Positions 21,976 through 31,056 of a stretch of 32,000 nt of DNA are shown here, one piece after another. Below the pieces are notes generated by a model. The model saw only the letters and a program-made list of their open reading frames with translations. It ran no database searches and was not told where the DNA came from. A program made the translations under genes and the position numbers. The stretch's first letter is position 1, and the number at the start of each line of letters is the position of its first letter. Source of the stretch: an uncultured bacterium (GTDB lineage: Bacteria > Auribacterota > Erginobacteria > Erginobacterales > CAZKCI01); assembly GCA_964551475.1 (NCBI GenBank), contig CAZKCI010000027.1, positions 45,050 through 77,049 of the forward strand, in the 5' to 3' direction.

Positions 21976-23034
21976 ACCAGCTTTTTCCCTGACTACATCC
22001 TTCTCTTTAACATATCCGGCCGCGCAGGCGGAGCAAACGGCCTTCTTCCCCGAGAAGGCCAGCTTGACGCCGCAGCGGCAGATCCAGCCCTGAATCCGGG
22101 CCGGGTTGCCGTAGACCAGGGCGAAGTCGGGGAGATCGCGGGTGACCACCGATCCGGCGCCCACGAAGGCGTAGCGGCCGATGGTGTGGCCGCAGACCAC
22201 GGTGGCGTTGGCGCCGATCGAGGCTCCGCGCTTGACCAGCGTCCGGCGATACTCGTTCTTGCGGGAGACCTCGCAGCGGGGGTTGATCACGTTGGTGAAA
22301 ACCATGGAGGGACCGCAGAAGACGAAGTCCTCCAGCTCCACGTCGTCGTAGACCGAGACGTTGTTCTGGATCTTCACGCCGTTCCCGATCTTCACCCGGC
22401 TTCCCACGTTCACGTTCTGTCCCAGGCTGCAGTTCTCGCCGATCCGCGCCCCGCCCAGGACATGGCTGAAATGCCAGATCTTCGTCCCCTTGCCGATCAC
22501 CGCGCCGGCGTCGACGTAGCTCGATTCATGGACAAAATAATCAGGACCGGCAGGAGAAGAAGAAACAGGACCGGCGGGAGAGGCAGGATGGGCAGGAGCG
22601 GCAGGAGAAACACGAGAAGGTCTTTTCACTATAATTTCAGGTCCTTTCTTGGGCTCGGGTTGAATCAAGGTCTGGCGATAGCGCTTGAGGAGATAAATGG
22701 TTCTTCCACAGAGAGAATCGAGATCCTGGTAAATCTCCGAGGAGAAAAGCTTGTCCTCAATACAATCTTCCAGATCACCGAGAAGTTCTTCCGCTGATCC
22801 CTCGGAAATCTCCAGGAATCTCGCCAATTCCAGCCGGGATTGTCTCCGATAGCCTTCTTGGATATTTTGTTTGATTGAACGGGCGGCGCTGTTCATCTGT
22901 GAAATGCGCCTCATCTCGGAGTGCGGAAATGTTTTTGTAATCCCGAATATCTTTCTCCGTAGTTCCGACGCCGCCTGCCAGAAATGCCATGTACGGTAGC
23001 TCTGGGTCTTGTAATCTTTCTTGGGGCTCTCCAT
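21973..23034 (-). CDS. In-frame fusion: N-terminal four-helix-bundle module (23S rRNA intervening-sequence protein family) plus a C-terminal hexapeptide-repeat sugar N-acetyltransferase (WbpD/WlbB-like)
   Basis: 353 aa. Residues 1-128 ([76 protein letters not shown]) match the four-helix-bundle family pattern. A Pro/Ala/Ser linker covers aa 129-164. From aa 165, [28 protein letters not shown]...VFTNVINPR...[15 protein letters not shown] is typical of left-handed beta-helix acetyltransferases. There is no stop codon and no in-frame ATG between the two parts. Confidence 0.75.
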   Translation of the reverse strand: MESPKKDYKTQSYRTWHFWQAASELRRKIFGITKTFPHSEMRRISQMNSAARSIKQNIQEGYRRQSRLELARFLEISEGSAEELLGDLEDCIEDKLFSSEIYQDLDSLCGRTIYLLKRYRQTLIQPEPKKGPEIIVKRPSRVSPAAPAHPASPAGPVSSSPAGPDYFVHESSYVDAGAVIGKGTKIWHFSHVLGGARIGENCSLGQNVNVGSRVKIGNGVKIQNNVSVYDDVELEDFVFCGPSMVFTNVINPRCEVSRKNEYRRTLVKRGASIGANATVVCGHTIGRYAFVGAGSVVTRDLPDFALVYGNPARIQGWICRCGVKLAFSGKKAVCSACAAGYVKEKDVVREKAG

Positions 23035-23050
23035 GATCTTCCCCGTCTTT

Positions 23051-23140
23051 CTTTTGTTTCCTGCGCTTTCCTGCGCTTTCCTGCGCTTCCCTGCGCTTTC
23101 CTGCGCTTTCCTGCGCTTTCCTGCCTATCCTGCCTTTCCT
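23051..23140. repeat. 10-bp tandem repeat CTGCGCTTTC (6 good copies plus degenerate flanking copies)
   Basis: Copies lie at 23061-23120, five exact and one variant (CTGCGCTTCC). Degenerate units are CTTTTGTTTC (23051-60), CTGCCTATC and CTGCCTTTC (23121-38). It lies between the oxidoreductase stop (23125) and the fusion gene start (23034), and the degenerate copies encode the last residues (LTGKAG) of the oxidoreductase. Confidence 0.9.
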
Positions 23141-24144
23141 GTCAATGTGATCGCCTTCCCATTCTCCTTCATCGACTGCTGGGCTGCTTCCAGCACCCGG
23201 ACCACGTCCAGGCCGTTCTGCCCGTCGGTCAGCGGTGTCTTTCCCTCCCGAACGCAGTCGAGAAAGTGGGCGCATTCGGCCTTCAAGGGCTCGCCGATCT
23301 TGATCGCGGGGATGTGCACGTCGCCGTAGCGGAGGTTCAGGTATTCGCCGAAGGAGTCGTATTCCAGGTTCTCCCCCACCCCTTTGTCGTAGATCCGGAC
23401 CGGCTCGGCGCTGTCCATGTCGTCGAAGACCAGCATCTTCCGGGAGCCGACCAGCGTGGTCCGGCGGATCTTGTGGGGGTCGAGCCAGGAGACATGGACA
23501 TGGGCGAGCACGTTGCCGGGGAAGGAGAGCCAGGCGAAGGCGATGTCCGCCACCCCTTTCTGCACGTAGGACTCGCCCCGGGCGGAGACCGAGACCGGAC
23601 GGTCGCCGACCAGATAGAGGGCGACCGAAACGTCATGGGGAGCGAAGGTCCAGAGGGCATCCTCGGACCGGCGGATCTTGCCCAGGTTGAGACGCTGGGT
23701 ATACAAATAGTAGAGATCGCCCACCGCCCCCTCATCCAGAAGCTCTTTGAGTTTACGCACCGCCCCGTGGTAGAGGAGCAGGTGGCCGACCATCAGGATG
23801 AGCCCCTTCTTCTTCGCGGCGGCGATCATCCTTTCGCAGTCGCAGGCGGTCAGGGCCATCGGTTTCTCCACGAAAACGTGCTTGCCCGCCTCCAGGCACT
23901 TGAGCGCGATCTGGGCGTGGGTGGCGCCCGGCGTGGCGACCACCACCGCCTGGATCTCGGGAGAGGCGACCATCTCGTCCATGTCGGCGGTCACCTTGAG
24001 GTCCGGATAGCGGAGAGCGGCTTCCCCCCTCCTCTTCTCGACCAGGTCGCAGGCGACGGCGACCCGCGCCCCCTTGATCTCCTGAAAGTTCCGGAGCAGG
24101 TTCTTGCCCCATCCCCCGATCCCGATGACGCCCAGCTTGATCAT
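23125..24144 (-). CDS. Gfo/Idh/MocA family NAD-dependent sugar oxidoreductase (WbpB/WlbA-like)
   Basis: ORF 23125..24240(-) trimmed to the ATG at 24144 (MIKLGVIGIGGWGKNLLRNF, Rossmann GxGxxG). It has the HVFVEKPMA motif. The ATG overlaps the upstream gene's stop (ATGA at 24141-24144). Confidence 0.85.
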   Translation of the reverse strand: MIKLGVIGIGGWGKNLLRNFQEIKGARVAVACDLVEKRRGEAALRYPDLKVTADMDEMVASPEIQAVVVATPGATHAQIALKCLEAGKHVFVEKPMALTACDCERMIAAAKKKGLILMVGHLLLYHGAVRKLKELLDEGAVGDLYYLYTQRLNLGKIRRSEDALWTFAPHDVSVALYLVGDRPVSVSARGESYVQKGVADIAFAWLSFPGNVLAHVHVSWLDPHKIRRTTLVGSRKMLVFDDMDSAEPVRIYDKGVGENLEYDSFGEYLNLRYGDVHIPAIKIGEPLKAECAHFLDCVREGKTPLTDGQNGLDVVRVLEAAQQSMKENGKAITLTGKAG

Positions 24145-25523
24145 AAGACTGTTCCCATGGTTTTTGATTGGTCGCTTGGGTCCCTGCTGTCCCTGACCAT
24201 CATTTCCGCTATCACCCGCGCGTTCTCTCCCACGTCCCACTTCGCCTCGACCTTTTTCCTCCCCTCTTTTCCATAGTGTATCAGGAGCGCACGATCCCCG
24301 GCGATTTTTTCGATGAGCTCCGCCAGGGCGGCGGGATCATTCTCCGGGATGACGAATCCGCAGGGGGGATCTTCGATCAGCTCGGGGAGAGAGGGGAGCG
24401 GCGTGCAGGCGACCGGCGTCCCCGCCGCCAGCGACTCGATCAGGACATTGGGGATGCCCCAATGGATCGCCAGGACCGCGGGGAGGACGCAGAGGTCGGC
24501 CCAGGCGTAATCGGCCGGCATCCCTTCCTGTGATTGATAACCCGTGAATTCGATCCGGTCGGCCACCCCCCGCTCGGCGGCCAGGCCCTCCAGCTCGCTT
24601 CGGAGGGGCCCTCCCCCCACGATCCGACAGCGAAAGTCACGGGACCGAATTTTGAGCAGAGCGCAGGATTCGATCAGCCGATCGAATCCCTTGCACTCGA
24701 AAAGGCTCCCCACCGACACGATCCGGAATGGCCTCTCCTCGGGCGCGGGCCCATTTAATTTCTCCCTCGCCCGAGGCGATGAACACACGTCATGTTTTTG
24801 CCCCGAATAATCCGCGTAATCCGCGGCTTTCTTCGCCAGTTCCCGGACGGCCTCCTTCGGACGATAGGAATCGAGATCCACGCCGTGATAGACGACCCGG
24901 ATCTTCTCCGGCGGAAGATCCGGGGCGAGACCGAGGAGATGGACCTGGTTGTGGGCCGTGCAGGTGAGGACGAAGTCCGCCCGCCGCATCTTCTCGGCGA
25001 GCCCCGCGGTCTTGACATGGATGTCGTGGGCGTGGCCGGTGAAGGAGAAGGGGATGCCGTTCAGAATCGAGATGACAAGCGCCGTCCCGGCGGGATAGGT
25101 GGCCCACTGGCCGTGCACCCTTTCGATCCCCCGTTCCCGGCAGATCCGGGCGAAATGGACCGCCTGGGGAAACAGCGCCAGCGACTTGAAAAGAAACTCG
25201 CCGTCAACCCGGTTGATGCGGACCGTGGCCGCCAGCGCCCGGAAGAACCGCCCGGGGCGGCGGACCAGGAAGCCCAGGCACGACCGGAGGACCCGAGGAT
25301 GGAAGAGCCCGGCGTAGAGGGTCCGGGCGAGCAGAGGCGTGCTGCTGTCGTGACGGACCGGCTCCCGGCGGGCGGGCTTCAGGGAAAGTATGGTCAGATC
25401 GAGCAGCGCGTCGAGGCGGACCATCTCGCGCAGGATGAAGACCTCGTCGTAGCGGGGAAACTGGGAGAAGACAAAGGCGACCTTTGTCCTGGATCCGGTT
25501 TCCGCTGTCCCGGGCCGGGCCAT
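24141..25523 (-). CDS. Family 4-type glycosyltransferase (GT-B; WcaL-like N-terminal region)
   Basis: ORF 24141..25676(-) trimmed to the ATG at 25523 (MARPGTAETGSRTKVAFVFSQFPRYDEVFILREM). The C-terminal domain has FRIVSVGSLFECKGFDRLI and GIPNVLIESLAAGTPVACT. The start overlaps the upstream stop by 1 nt (TAATG). Confidence 0.8.
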   Translation of the reverse strand: MARPGTAETGSRTKVAFVFSQFPRYDEVFILREMVRLDALLDLTILSLKPARREPVRHDSSTPLLARTLYAGLFHPRVLRSCLGFLVRRPGRFFRALAATVRINRVDGEFLFKSLALFPQAVHFARICRERGIERVHGQWATYPAGTALVISILNGIPFSFTGHAHDIHVKTAGLAEKMRRADFVLTCTAHNQVHLLGLAPDLPPEKIRVVYHGVDLDSYRPKEAVRELAKKAADYADYSGQKHDVCSSPRAREKLNGPAPEERPFRIVSVGSLFECKGFDRLIESCALLKIRSRDFRCRIVGGGPLRSELEGLAAERGVADRIEFTGYQSQEGMPADYAWADLCVLPAVLAIHWGIPNVLIESLAAGTPVACTPLPSLPELIEDPPCGFVIPENDPAALAELIEKIAGDRALLIHYGKEGRKKVEAKWDVGENARVIAEMMVRDSRDPSDQSKTMGTVL

Positions 25524-26947
25524 TATTCTCTCCCGTCCCCCGGGGAGAATATCCCCCGCACCAGGATCCAATCCCTGCGGTTCAGGGCGCCGGAGACGAT
25601 CAGCCCTCCGCCGTAAAGAACGAAAGCGGAGAGGACGATCAGAAGCAGGGGCCATCCGGAAAAGGAAAGCCCCCACAACGCCGCCGCCATGGCCGCCGCG
25701 ACCGGCCAGGGACGGAGCAGAGGCGCCAGGGAGCGGGCGGAGAGATCGTCCCGCAGAAGACGAAGAAAAACCAGGAAAAGGAAAAGCTGGGCGAGCCCGC
25801 CGCCCGCCGCCGCGCCCGCCGGGCCGAAAGGAGCGACCAGAAGAAATGCCGAGGCGGCGTTGATCAGCGCTCCCGCCCCCATCACGCCCGCGAAGAGACG
25901 CTCTTTCCCCGCCGCCACCATCAGATCAAAGAGGAGATAGTTCTGCACCATGAGCAGGGAGACGATCCCGAGCACCCTGACCACTCCGGCCGCGGCGGCG
26001 AAGGAGGGGCCGAAAAAATACACGCAGAGGCGGGGCGACAGGACCAGGGAGATCACGGCGAACGGCAGGGCCGCCATCTGGAGGTAGGCGGCGGAGCGGC
26101 GATAGACGCCGGAGAAGGCGTTCCGGTCGGTCGCGCGCAGGCGGCAGACGGCGGGAAAGAGAGCCCCGACCAGCGAGAGCGGGACCAGCCCTTCCAGGGC
26201 CTGGAAAAAGGAGGAGCCGACGCTGTAATAACCGGCGGCGGCCGCGCCCGACCGCCAGTAAACGATCAGGCGCACAACGTCTTGGAAGGAGTTGAAGAAT
26301 ATCGCCAGCGCAATCAAGGCCCCTCCCCGGACCAGGCGGCGGGCGGCCGCCCCTTCCCGGAAAATGGCGGGCGGAAAAAACAGGCGGCGCACCAGAAGCC
26401 AGGAGAAGACAAACTGGAAAAGCGCGGAGACAAAATAGATCCAGGCCGCCGAAGCCACCGAGCGCGCCAGTAAATATACCAGGGCGAGCAGGAACAGGCT
26501 TTTCGCCGTTTTGACCAGGGCCTCCAGACCCATCACCTCCCGGGAGCGGAAGACCACGGTCAGAGTGTTGGCCAGGCCGGAGACGGCATAGATACCCAGA
26601 CCGAGAAAAACAACCGGGGCCAGAGGACGATAGCGGCCGGAAGGAGCGATCACGATCAGAGCGGTCAGGCCTACCGCCAGGGCCAGGATGATCTTGATCA
26701 GGAGAGTCGTCCCCACCCAGATGCGCTCGCGGGACCGATCGACCGAGCACTCCCGGATCGCGATCTTGTCCAGGCCCAGCTCGATCGCCACACCGAGGAG
26801 GGCGCAGAGCGAGAGCACGGCCCGGAAAGCCCCGTAGCCGCCGGGGCCGAGGCGGCGGGCGAGGATGGCGGCCAGCGCCAGCGAAACCAGGAGCATCGCG
26901 GCCTTGGCGGAGAAGAGAGCGAGGGTGTTGGAAATAATCTTGTTCAT
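25523..26947 (-). CDS. Oligosaccharide/polysaccharide flippase (Wzx-like, MOP superfamily)
   Basis: ORF 25523..26974(-). The likely start is the ATG at 26947 (MNKIISNTLALFSAKAAMLLVSLALAAILARRLGPGGYG), with 26974 as the alternative. About 12-14 hydrophobic helices run throughout. Confidence 0.8.
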   Translation of the reverse strand: MNKIISNTLALFSAKAAMLLVSLALAAILARRLGPGGYGAFRAVLSLCALLGVAIELGLDKIAIRECSVDRSRERIWVGTTLLIKIILALAVGLTALIVIAPSGRYRPLAPVVFLGLGIYAVSGLANTLTVVFRSREVMGLEALVKTAKSLFLLALVYLLARSVASAAWIYFVSALFQFVFSWLLVRRLFFPPAIFREGAAARRLVRGGALIALAIFFNSFQDVVRLIVYWRSGAAAAGYYSVGSSFFQALEGLVPLSLVGALFPAVCRLRATDRNAFSGVYRRSAAYLQMAALPFAVISLVLSPRLCVYFFGPSFAAAAGVVRVLGIVSLLMVQNYLLFDLMVAAGKERLFAGVMGAGALINAASAFLLVAPFGPAGAAAGGGLAQLFLFLVFLRLLRDDLSARSLAPLLRPWPVAAAMAAALWGLSFSGWPLLLIVLSAFVLYGGGLIVSGALNRRDWILVRGIFSPGDGRE

Positions 26948-26980
26948 GTCGACGATCCCGACGGCCGGGGCCATAATATA

Positions 26981-27056
26981 ATCTTAGGAAGCCAGGAAAC
27001 CAGGAGGATCCAGGCCGGTCTCATCATCATTCCTGGGTTCCTGGTTTCCTAAGATG
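26981..27056. repeat. Imperfect inverted repeat built from AGGAARCC octamers; one arm lies inside the 3' end of a CDS
   Basis: ATCTTAGGAAGCCAGGAAACCAGGAG (26981-27006) is compared with the reverse complement of TTCCTGGGTTCCTGGTTTCCTAAGATG (27030-27056), which is CATCTTAGGAAACCAGGAACCCAGGAA. Most positions match. The right arm encodes ...HLRKPGTQE-stop of the ArnT-like gene. Confidence 0.75.
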
Positions 27057-28274
27057 ATCCTCTTGGCCGGGCCGGACGAGACCGGACAGGGCAACCGCGG
27101 CGAAGGCGTAGACGAACGGCATCACCGGCAACCGGTAGCGCCCCTCGGGAAGAAACACCGAGTGGATGAGCGTGAAGGAGAGAATGCCGAGAAGAAAGAG
27201 CGAGGCTTTGCCCTCCCAGCCTCGGGACAGAATCGCCCCGGTGACGCCGAGGAGAAGCGCGACCCAAAGCGAGGCGGCGAGAGGAAGCGAGGGGTTGTGC
27301 GCGTCCAGATGATACAGCCAGGCCAGGCGGCGGAAGCTGAGACGGAGAAACCGGGCGGGATCGCTCCGGATGAAATCCATCGCCTTCTTCCCGTATCCCC
27401 GGCTGTAGGCGATCTCGTCCTCCGTCTCCCCGAGGTGGAACGCGCCGAGGGCGATCAGATCGTTGACCCGCACCGTTCCGCCCGAGGAGTGCGGATTGTT
27501 CGCCAGATAGAAGTTGTTTCCCCCCTGCGTGTTGAGCGGGACAAATTCCCCCAGGACCAGGAAATTCCGCGCCGTCCAGGGGAGAAGAACCAGGAGGAGG
27601 GGAAAAAGAAAGCGCAGGGCGCGGCGGACATACCCTCTCCCCCGCAAGGGCGGCCAGAGGAGACAGGCGGCGGCCAGGATGACGAGTGTCGGGCGACAGA
27701 GGATCCCCATTCCCAGGAGCGCCCCGGCGGCGGGGAGCCGGCGGCCGGTGAAACCGGCTTCCGCGGCCCCCAGAAGGAGAGCCGCCGCCGCGAGCAGGAG
27801 AAAGATAAAGAGCGTCTCCGTCATCAACCGCCCGCTGTAGTAGATGAGCAGCGGGTCGCCGGCCGCGAGGAAGGCCGCCACGCTTCCCTCCCGCGTCCCC
27901 GCGCCGGACCGTCCGGCGAAGGCCGACCGGGCGGCCAGGCCGAGCAGGCCGCAGGAGAACGCCCCCAGAAAGACCTGCGCGACCCGCGCCACGCGAAAAG
28001 AGAAGATCCCTCCCCGGACAAAAACCGCGAGAAATATCGGATAGAGGGGGGGAAAGGAGGCCCGGCGCCAGGGGCTGTAGATCAGCCCTTTCCCCCCGGC
28101 CAGGTTCCGGGCGACGGCGAGGTACATCTTCTCGTCGGGATCGTAGGAGCGCTCCGAGAGACCGAGGACGTAGCCCAGGCGCAGGGCGAAGCCGAGCGCG
28201 CAGGCGGAGAGAAGCAATATCGCGAACGAAGGAGTGCGGTGGCGCGGCCCGTTTGGTCTCACGGCATTCGTCAC
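27027..28274 (-). CDS. ArnT/PMT-like membrane glycosyltransferase (GT39/GT83-type, GT-C fold)
   Basis: 415 aa polytopic protein. The first-loop motif YDPDEKMYLAVARNLAGGKGL (acidic DE pair) is typical of the GT-C family. Multiple TM helices. The last 9 codons lie in one arm of an inverted repeat. Confidence 0.75.
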   Translation of the reverse strand: MTNAVRPNGPRHRTPSFAILLLSACALGFALRLGYVLGLSERSYDPDEKMYLAVARNLAGGKGLIYSPWRRASFPPLYPIFLAVFVRGGIFSFRVARVAQVFLGAFSCGLLGLAARSAFAGRSGAGTREGSVAAFLAAGDPLLIYYSGRLMTETLFIFLLLAAAALLLGAAEAGFTGRRLPAAGALLGMGILCRPTLVILAAACLLWPPLRGRGYVRRALRFLFPLLLVLLPWTARNFLVLGEFVPLNTQGGNNFYLANNPHSSGGTVRVNDLIALGAFHLGETEDEIAYSRGYGKKAMDFIRSDPARFLRLSFRRLAWLYHLDAHNPSLPLAASLWVALLLGVTGAILSRGWEGKASLFLLGILSFTLIHSVFLPEGRYRLPVMPFVYAFAAVALSGLVRPGQEDHLRKPGTQE

Positions 28275-28299
28275 CCGGCCGCCTGGAGCCGCTCCGTGA

Positions 28300-29373
28300 T
28301 CATTCGCGGGGTGGGAGGCGCGCGAGCTCGGAGAGGAGCGCGCTGACGATCCGGCGCGCCGGCACGGTCCGGATCGCCTGGCCGCGACGAAAGAGCAGAG
28401 CCGAATTCCGCCCCGCCGCGATCCCGAGGTCCGCCTCCCTCGCCTCCCCGGGGCCGTTCACCGCGCATCCCATCACGGCGACGGTGACGCCGGAGAGGGA
28501 GCGGAAACGGGTGGAGGAGAGAGCCGCCTCCACCTGCTTGACCAGGGGGAGGAGATCGACCCGGCAGCGGCCGCAGGTCGGGCAGGAGACCAGAACCGGG
28601 CCGAAAGACCTGAGCCCGAGGGACTGGAGGATGAGTTTCCCCACCCGCGCCTCCTCCTCCTCGGGCGCGCTCAGGGAGACGCGGACGGTATCGCCCATCC
28701 CCTCCAGGAGAAGAGCCCCGATCCCGATCGCCGAGCGGACCGTCCCGGGAAGAAAGGGCCCGGCCTCGGTGATCCCGATGTGAAAGGGATAATCGACCCG
28801 GGCGGAGAGCTCGCGGTAGGCGGCGATCGTGGTGGGGATGTCGAAGGCCTTGACCGAGATCTTGATCTCCCGGTAGCCCTCCTTCTCGATCAGCCGGACC
28901 TCCTGGAGCGCGCTCTCGGCCAGGGCCCGGGCGGTGGGACCGCCGCGGCGGGCCAGGAGGGCCTTCTCCAGCGACCCGGCGTTCACGCCCACCCGGACGG
29001 GGATTCTTTCCCCGCGGCAGGCCGCGATCACCTCGCGGACTTTGAGAGAGGAACCGATGTTGCCGGGGTTGATCCGGAGCCCGGCCACGCCCGCCGCCAC
29101 CGACCGGAGCGCCAGGCGATGATCGAAATGGATGTCGGCGATGACCGGAAGAGGCGAGCGGCGGCAGATCGCGGTCAGGGCCTCCGCCGCCTCCAGGTCG
29201 GGGACGGCGAGGCGGACGATCTCGCAGCCCGCCCGGGAGAGAGAGGAAATCCTCCGGAGCGTGGCGCGGACGTCCCGGGTGTCGGTCTTGGTCATCGACT
29301 GGACCGAGACCGGGGCCCCCCCGCCCACGGGGACCGATCCCACGAGAATCCGGCGCGTTTTCCGTCTCTTCAT
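28300..29373 (-). CDS. ispG: 4-hydroxy-3-methylbut-2-en-1-yl diphosphate synthase (MEP pathway)
   Basis: 357 aa. Motifs: VSVQSMTKTDTRDV, AGCEIVRLAVPD, IADIHFD, VRVGVNAGSL, and a CPTCGRC cluster motif. The start overlaps the rseP stop by 1 nt (TGATG). Confidence 0.95.
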   Translation of the reverse strand: MKRRKTRRILVGSVPVGGGAPVSVQSMTKTDTRDVRATLRRISSLSRAGCEIVRLAVPDLEAAEALTAICRRSPLPVIADIHFDHRLALRSVAAGVAGLRINPGNIGSSLKVREVIAACRGERIPVRVGVNAGSLEKALLARRGGPTARALAESALQEVRLIEKEGYREIKISVKAFDIPTTIAAYRELSARVDYPFHIGITEAGPFLPGTVRSAIGIGALLLEGMGDTVRVSLSAPEEEEARVGKLILQSLGLRSFGPVLVSCPTCGRCRVDLLPLVKQVEAALSSTRFRSLSGVTVAVMGCAVNGPGEAREADLGIAAGRNSALLFRRGQAIRTVPARRIVSALLSELARLPPRE

Positions 29374-31001
29374 CAGCGTCGGAAGAACACCTGGATGATG
29401 TCGTTGTAGGTCACCAGCAGGAAAAGAAGCAGGAGCAGGCCCAGGCCGATCTGGTGGGCGACGACGATCGCCCGCTCCGAGAGGGGGCGGCGGCGCACGG
29501 CCTCGATCAGGATGAAGAGGATGTGCCCTCCGTCCAGGACCGGGAGGGGGAAGAGGTTGACCACAGCCAGGTTGACGCTGATCATGGCGAGAAAATGGAC
29601 GATCGCGATGGAGATGAGCTTGAACTGGCGGGTCAGGTCGAAGATCCGGACCGGGCCGGCCAGATCCGTCGGGCTGGCCCGGCCGACCAGGAGATAATAG
29701 AGAAAGGAGAAGATGGTCTTGACCATCTTGACCGTCTCGGCGAATCCGTAACGGACCGCCGCCCAGCCCCGGTAGCGGGCGGTGACCGTGTCCGGATAGT
29801 AATCGAAGGCGATGCCGGGGATGTAGCCTTCCGCCGCCACGGTCACCGTGGCGGTCACCGCCTGGGAAGGCAGGAAGAAGAGCCGGGCGGAGCGCTCGAT
29901 GATCAGGCGGAGTTCGCTCCCGGGGGCCGTGGAGGAGATGATCTCCTGGAGCCGATCCGGAGAGGTCTCTTCACCGTTGACACGTGCGATCCGGTCGCCC
30001 GGACGGAGGGCGGCGGCATCGAAGCGGGCGCGGTAATCGACCGCCCGGACCGTTCCCTCTTCCAGGTGAAGGCCGGGGACGACCGTCCGCGTCTCCGCCT
30101 TCGCCTCGACCTCGAAGGTCTTCCCGCTTTCCGGGTCCTCCACTCCCAGGCGGAGGGAACGGGACGGACGGGAGGCGATCTCCTCTTCCAGGGCGGGATA
30201 CGGGAGAGAGCGGCCGTCAATCGAGTTGACGATCATCCCCGCGCGGAGCCCCGACCGGGCGGCCGGGCTGTCGGTGTCCTCCACCCAGACCGCCGCCCGA
30301 CCGGCGGGGGCGACGCCGATCCGCGGACGGGTGGTCCCGGGAAGGATGCGGGGGGCCACTTCCACCCGTCTTTCCTCTCCGTCGCGGAGGTAAACGATGG
30401 CCACGGGAGAATCGGCCCGCCAGGTCGAGATGGAGAGAAGAAAGTCGCTCCACTCTCCCATCGTCTCCCCGTCCACGGAGACGATCTTGTCGCCGGGGAG
30501 GATGCCGGCGGCGGCGGCGGGCGAGCCGGGCTCCACGTTCCCGATATTCGTCCCCTGATAGGGCTTGAAGACCGTCACCCCGTGGCAGGCGATCAGGATG
30601 AAGAGGACGAGGCCGAGCAGAACGTTCATCACCGGACCGGCGGCGATGATCAGGGCGCGCTGCCAGAGCGGCTTGCGGTCGAACTTTTCCCCGTCCGGGA
30701 TGGCGCGGTCCTCCTCTAGGATTTTCTTCTTCGCTTCCTCGTCGTCGCTCGGGAGGTCCTCCTGGCCGGCCATCTTGACGTAGCCGCCCAGGGGCAGGAT
30801 GCCGATCCCGTATTCGGTCGGCCCGGCCCGGAAACGGAGAAGCTTCAGCCCCATGATGTCGAAACCCAGGTAGAACTTCTTGACCCTCACCCGGCAGAGG
30901 CGGGCCATCAGAAAGTGGCCGAGCTCATGGACGAAGATCAGGATCCCCAGGACGACGAGGAACTTGAGAACGCCCTTGATGGGGTCGGGAATGTAAGACA
31001 T
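29373..31001 (-). CDS. rseP: RIP site-2 zinc metalloprotease (RseP family) with PDZ domains
   Basis: ORF 29373..31055(-). The likely start is the ATG at 31001 (MSYIPDPIKGVLKFLVVLGILIFVHELGHF), with 31055 as the alternative. It has the HELGH zinc motif, PDZ-like segments (GSPAAAAGILPGDKIVSVDG; AARSGLRAGMIVNSIDG; LRPGDRIARVNG), and NLFPLPVLDGGH. Confidence 0.9.
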   Translation of the reverse strand: MSYIPDPIKGVLKFLVVLGILIFVHELGHFLMARLCRVRVKKFYLGFDIMGLKLLRFRAGPTEYGIGILPLGGYVKMAGQEDLPSDDEEAKKKILEEDRAIPDGEKFDRKPLWQRALIIAAGPVMNVLLGLVLFILIACHGVTVFKPYQGTNIGNVEPGSPAAAAGILPGDKIVSVDGETMGEWSDFLLSISTWRADSPVAIVYLRDGEERRVEVAPRILPGTTRPRIGVAPAGRAAVWVEDTDSPAARSGLRAGMIVNSIDGRSLPYPALEEEIASRPSRSLRLGVEDPESGKTFEVEAKAETRTVVPGLHLEEGTVRAVDYRARFDAAALRPGDRIARVNGEETSPDRLQEIISSTAPGSELRLIIERSARLFFLPSQAVTATVTVAAEGYIPGIAFDYYPDTVTARYRGWAAVRYGFAETVKMVKTIFSFLYYLLVGRASPTDLAGPVRIFDLTRQFKLISIAIVHFLAMISVNLAVVNLFPLPVLDGGHILFILIEAVRRRPLSERAIVVAHQIGLGLLLLLFLLVTYNDIIQVFFRR

Positions 31002-31056
31002 GGTTCCCGTGAGGAACCCGGCGATGCTAGCGAGATGGACGGAGAGAGAGGTCATG

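Noticed and set aside
22540-23034. The AT-richer patch as an insertion sequence or other autonomous mobile element.
   Set aside because: It has no transposase, integrase or recombinase ORF and no terminal inverted repeats or target duplications that I could find. It encodes only the four-helix-bundle module, so I report it as a compositionally atypical fused module instead.
23051-23140. The tandem array as a possible CRISPR.
   Set aside because: The units are 10 bp and contiguous with no spacers, and no cas genes are present. It is a simple tandem repeat.
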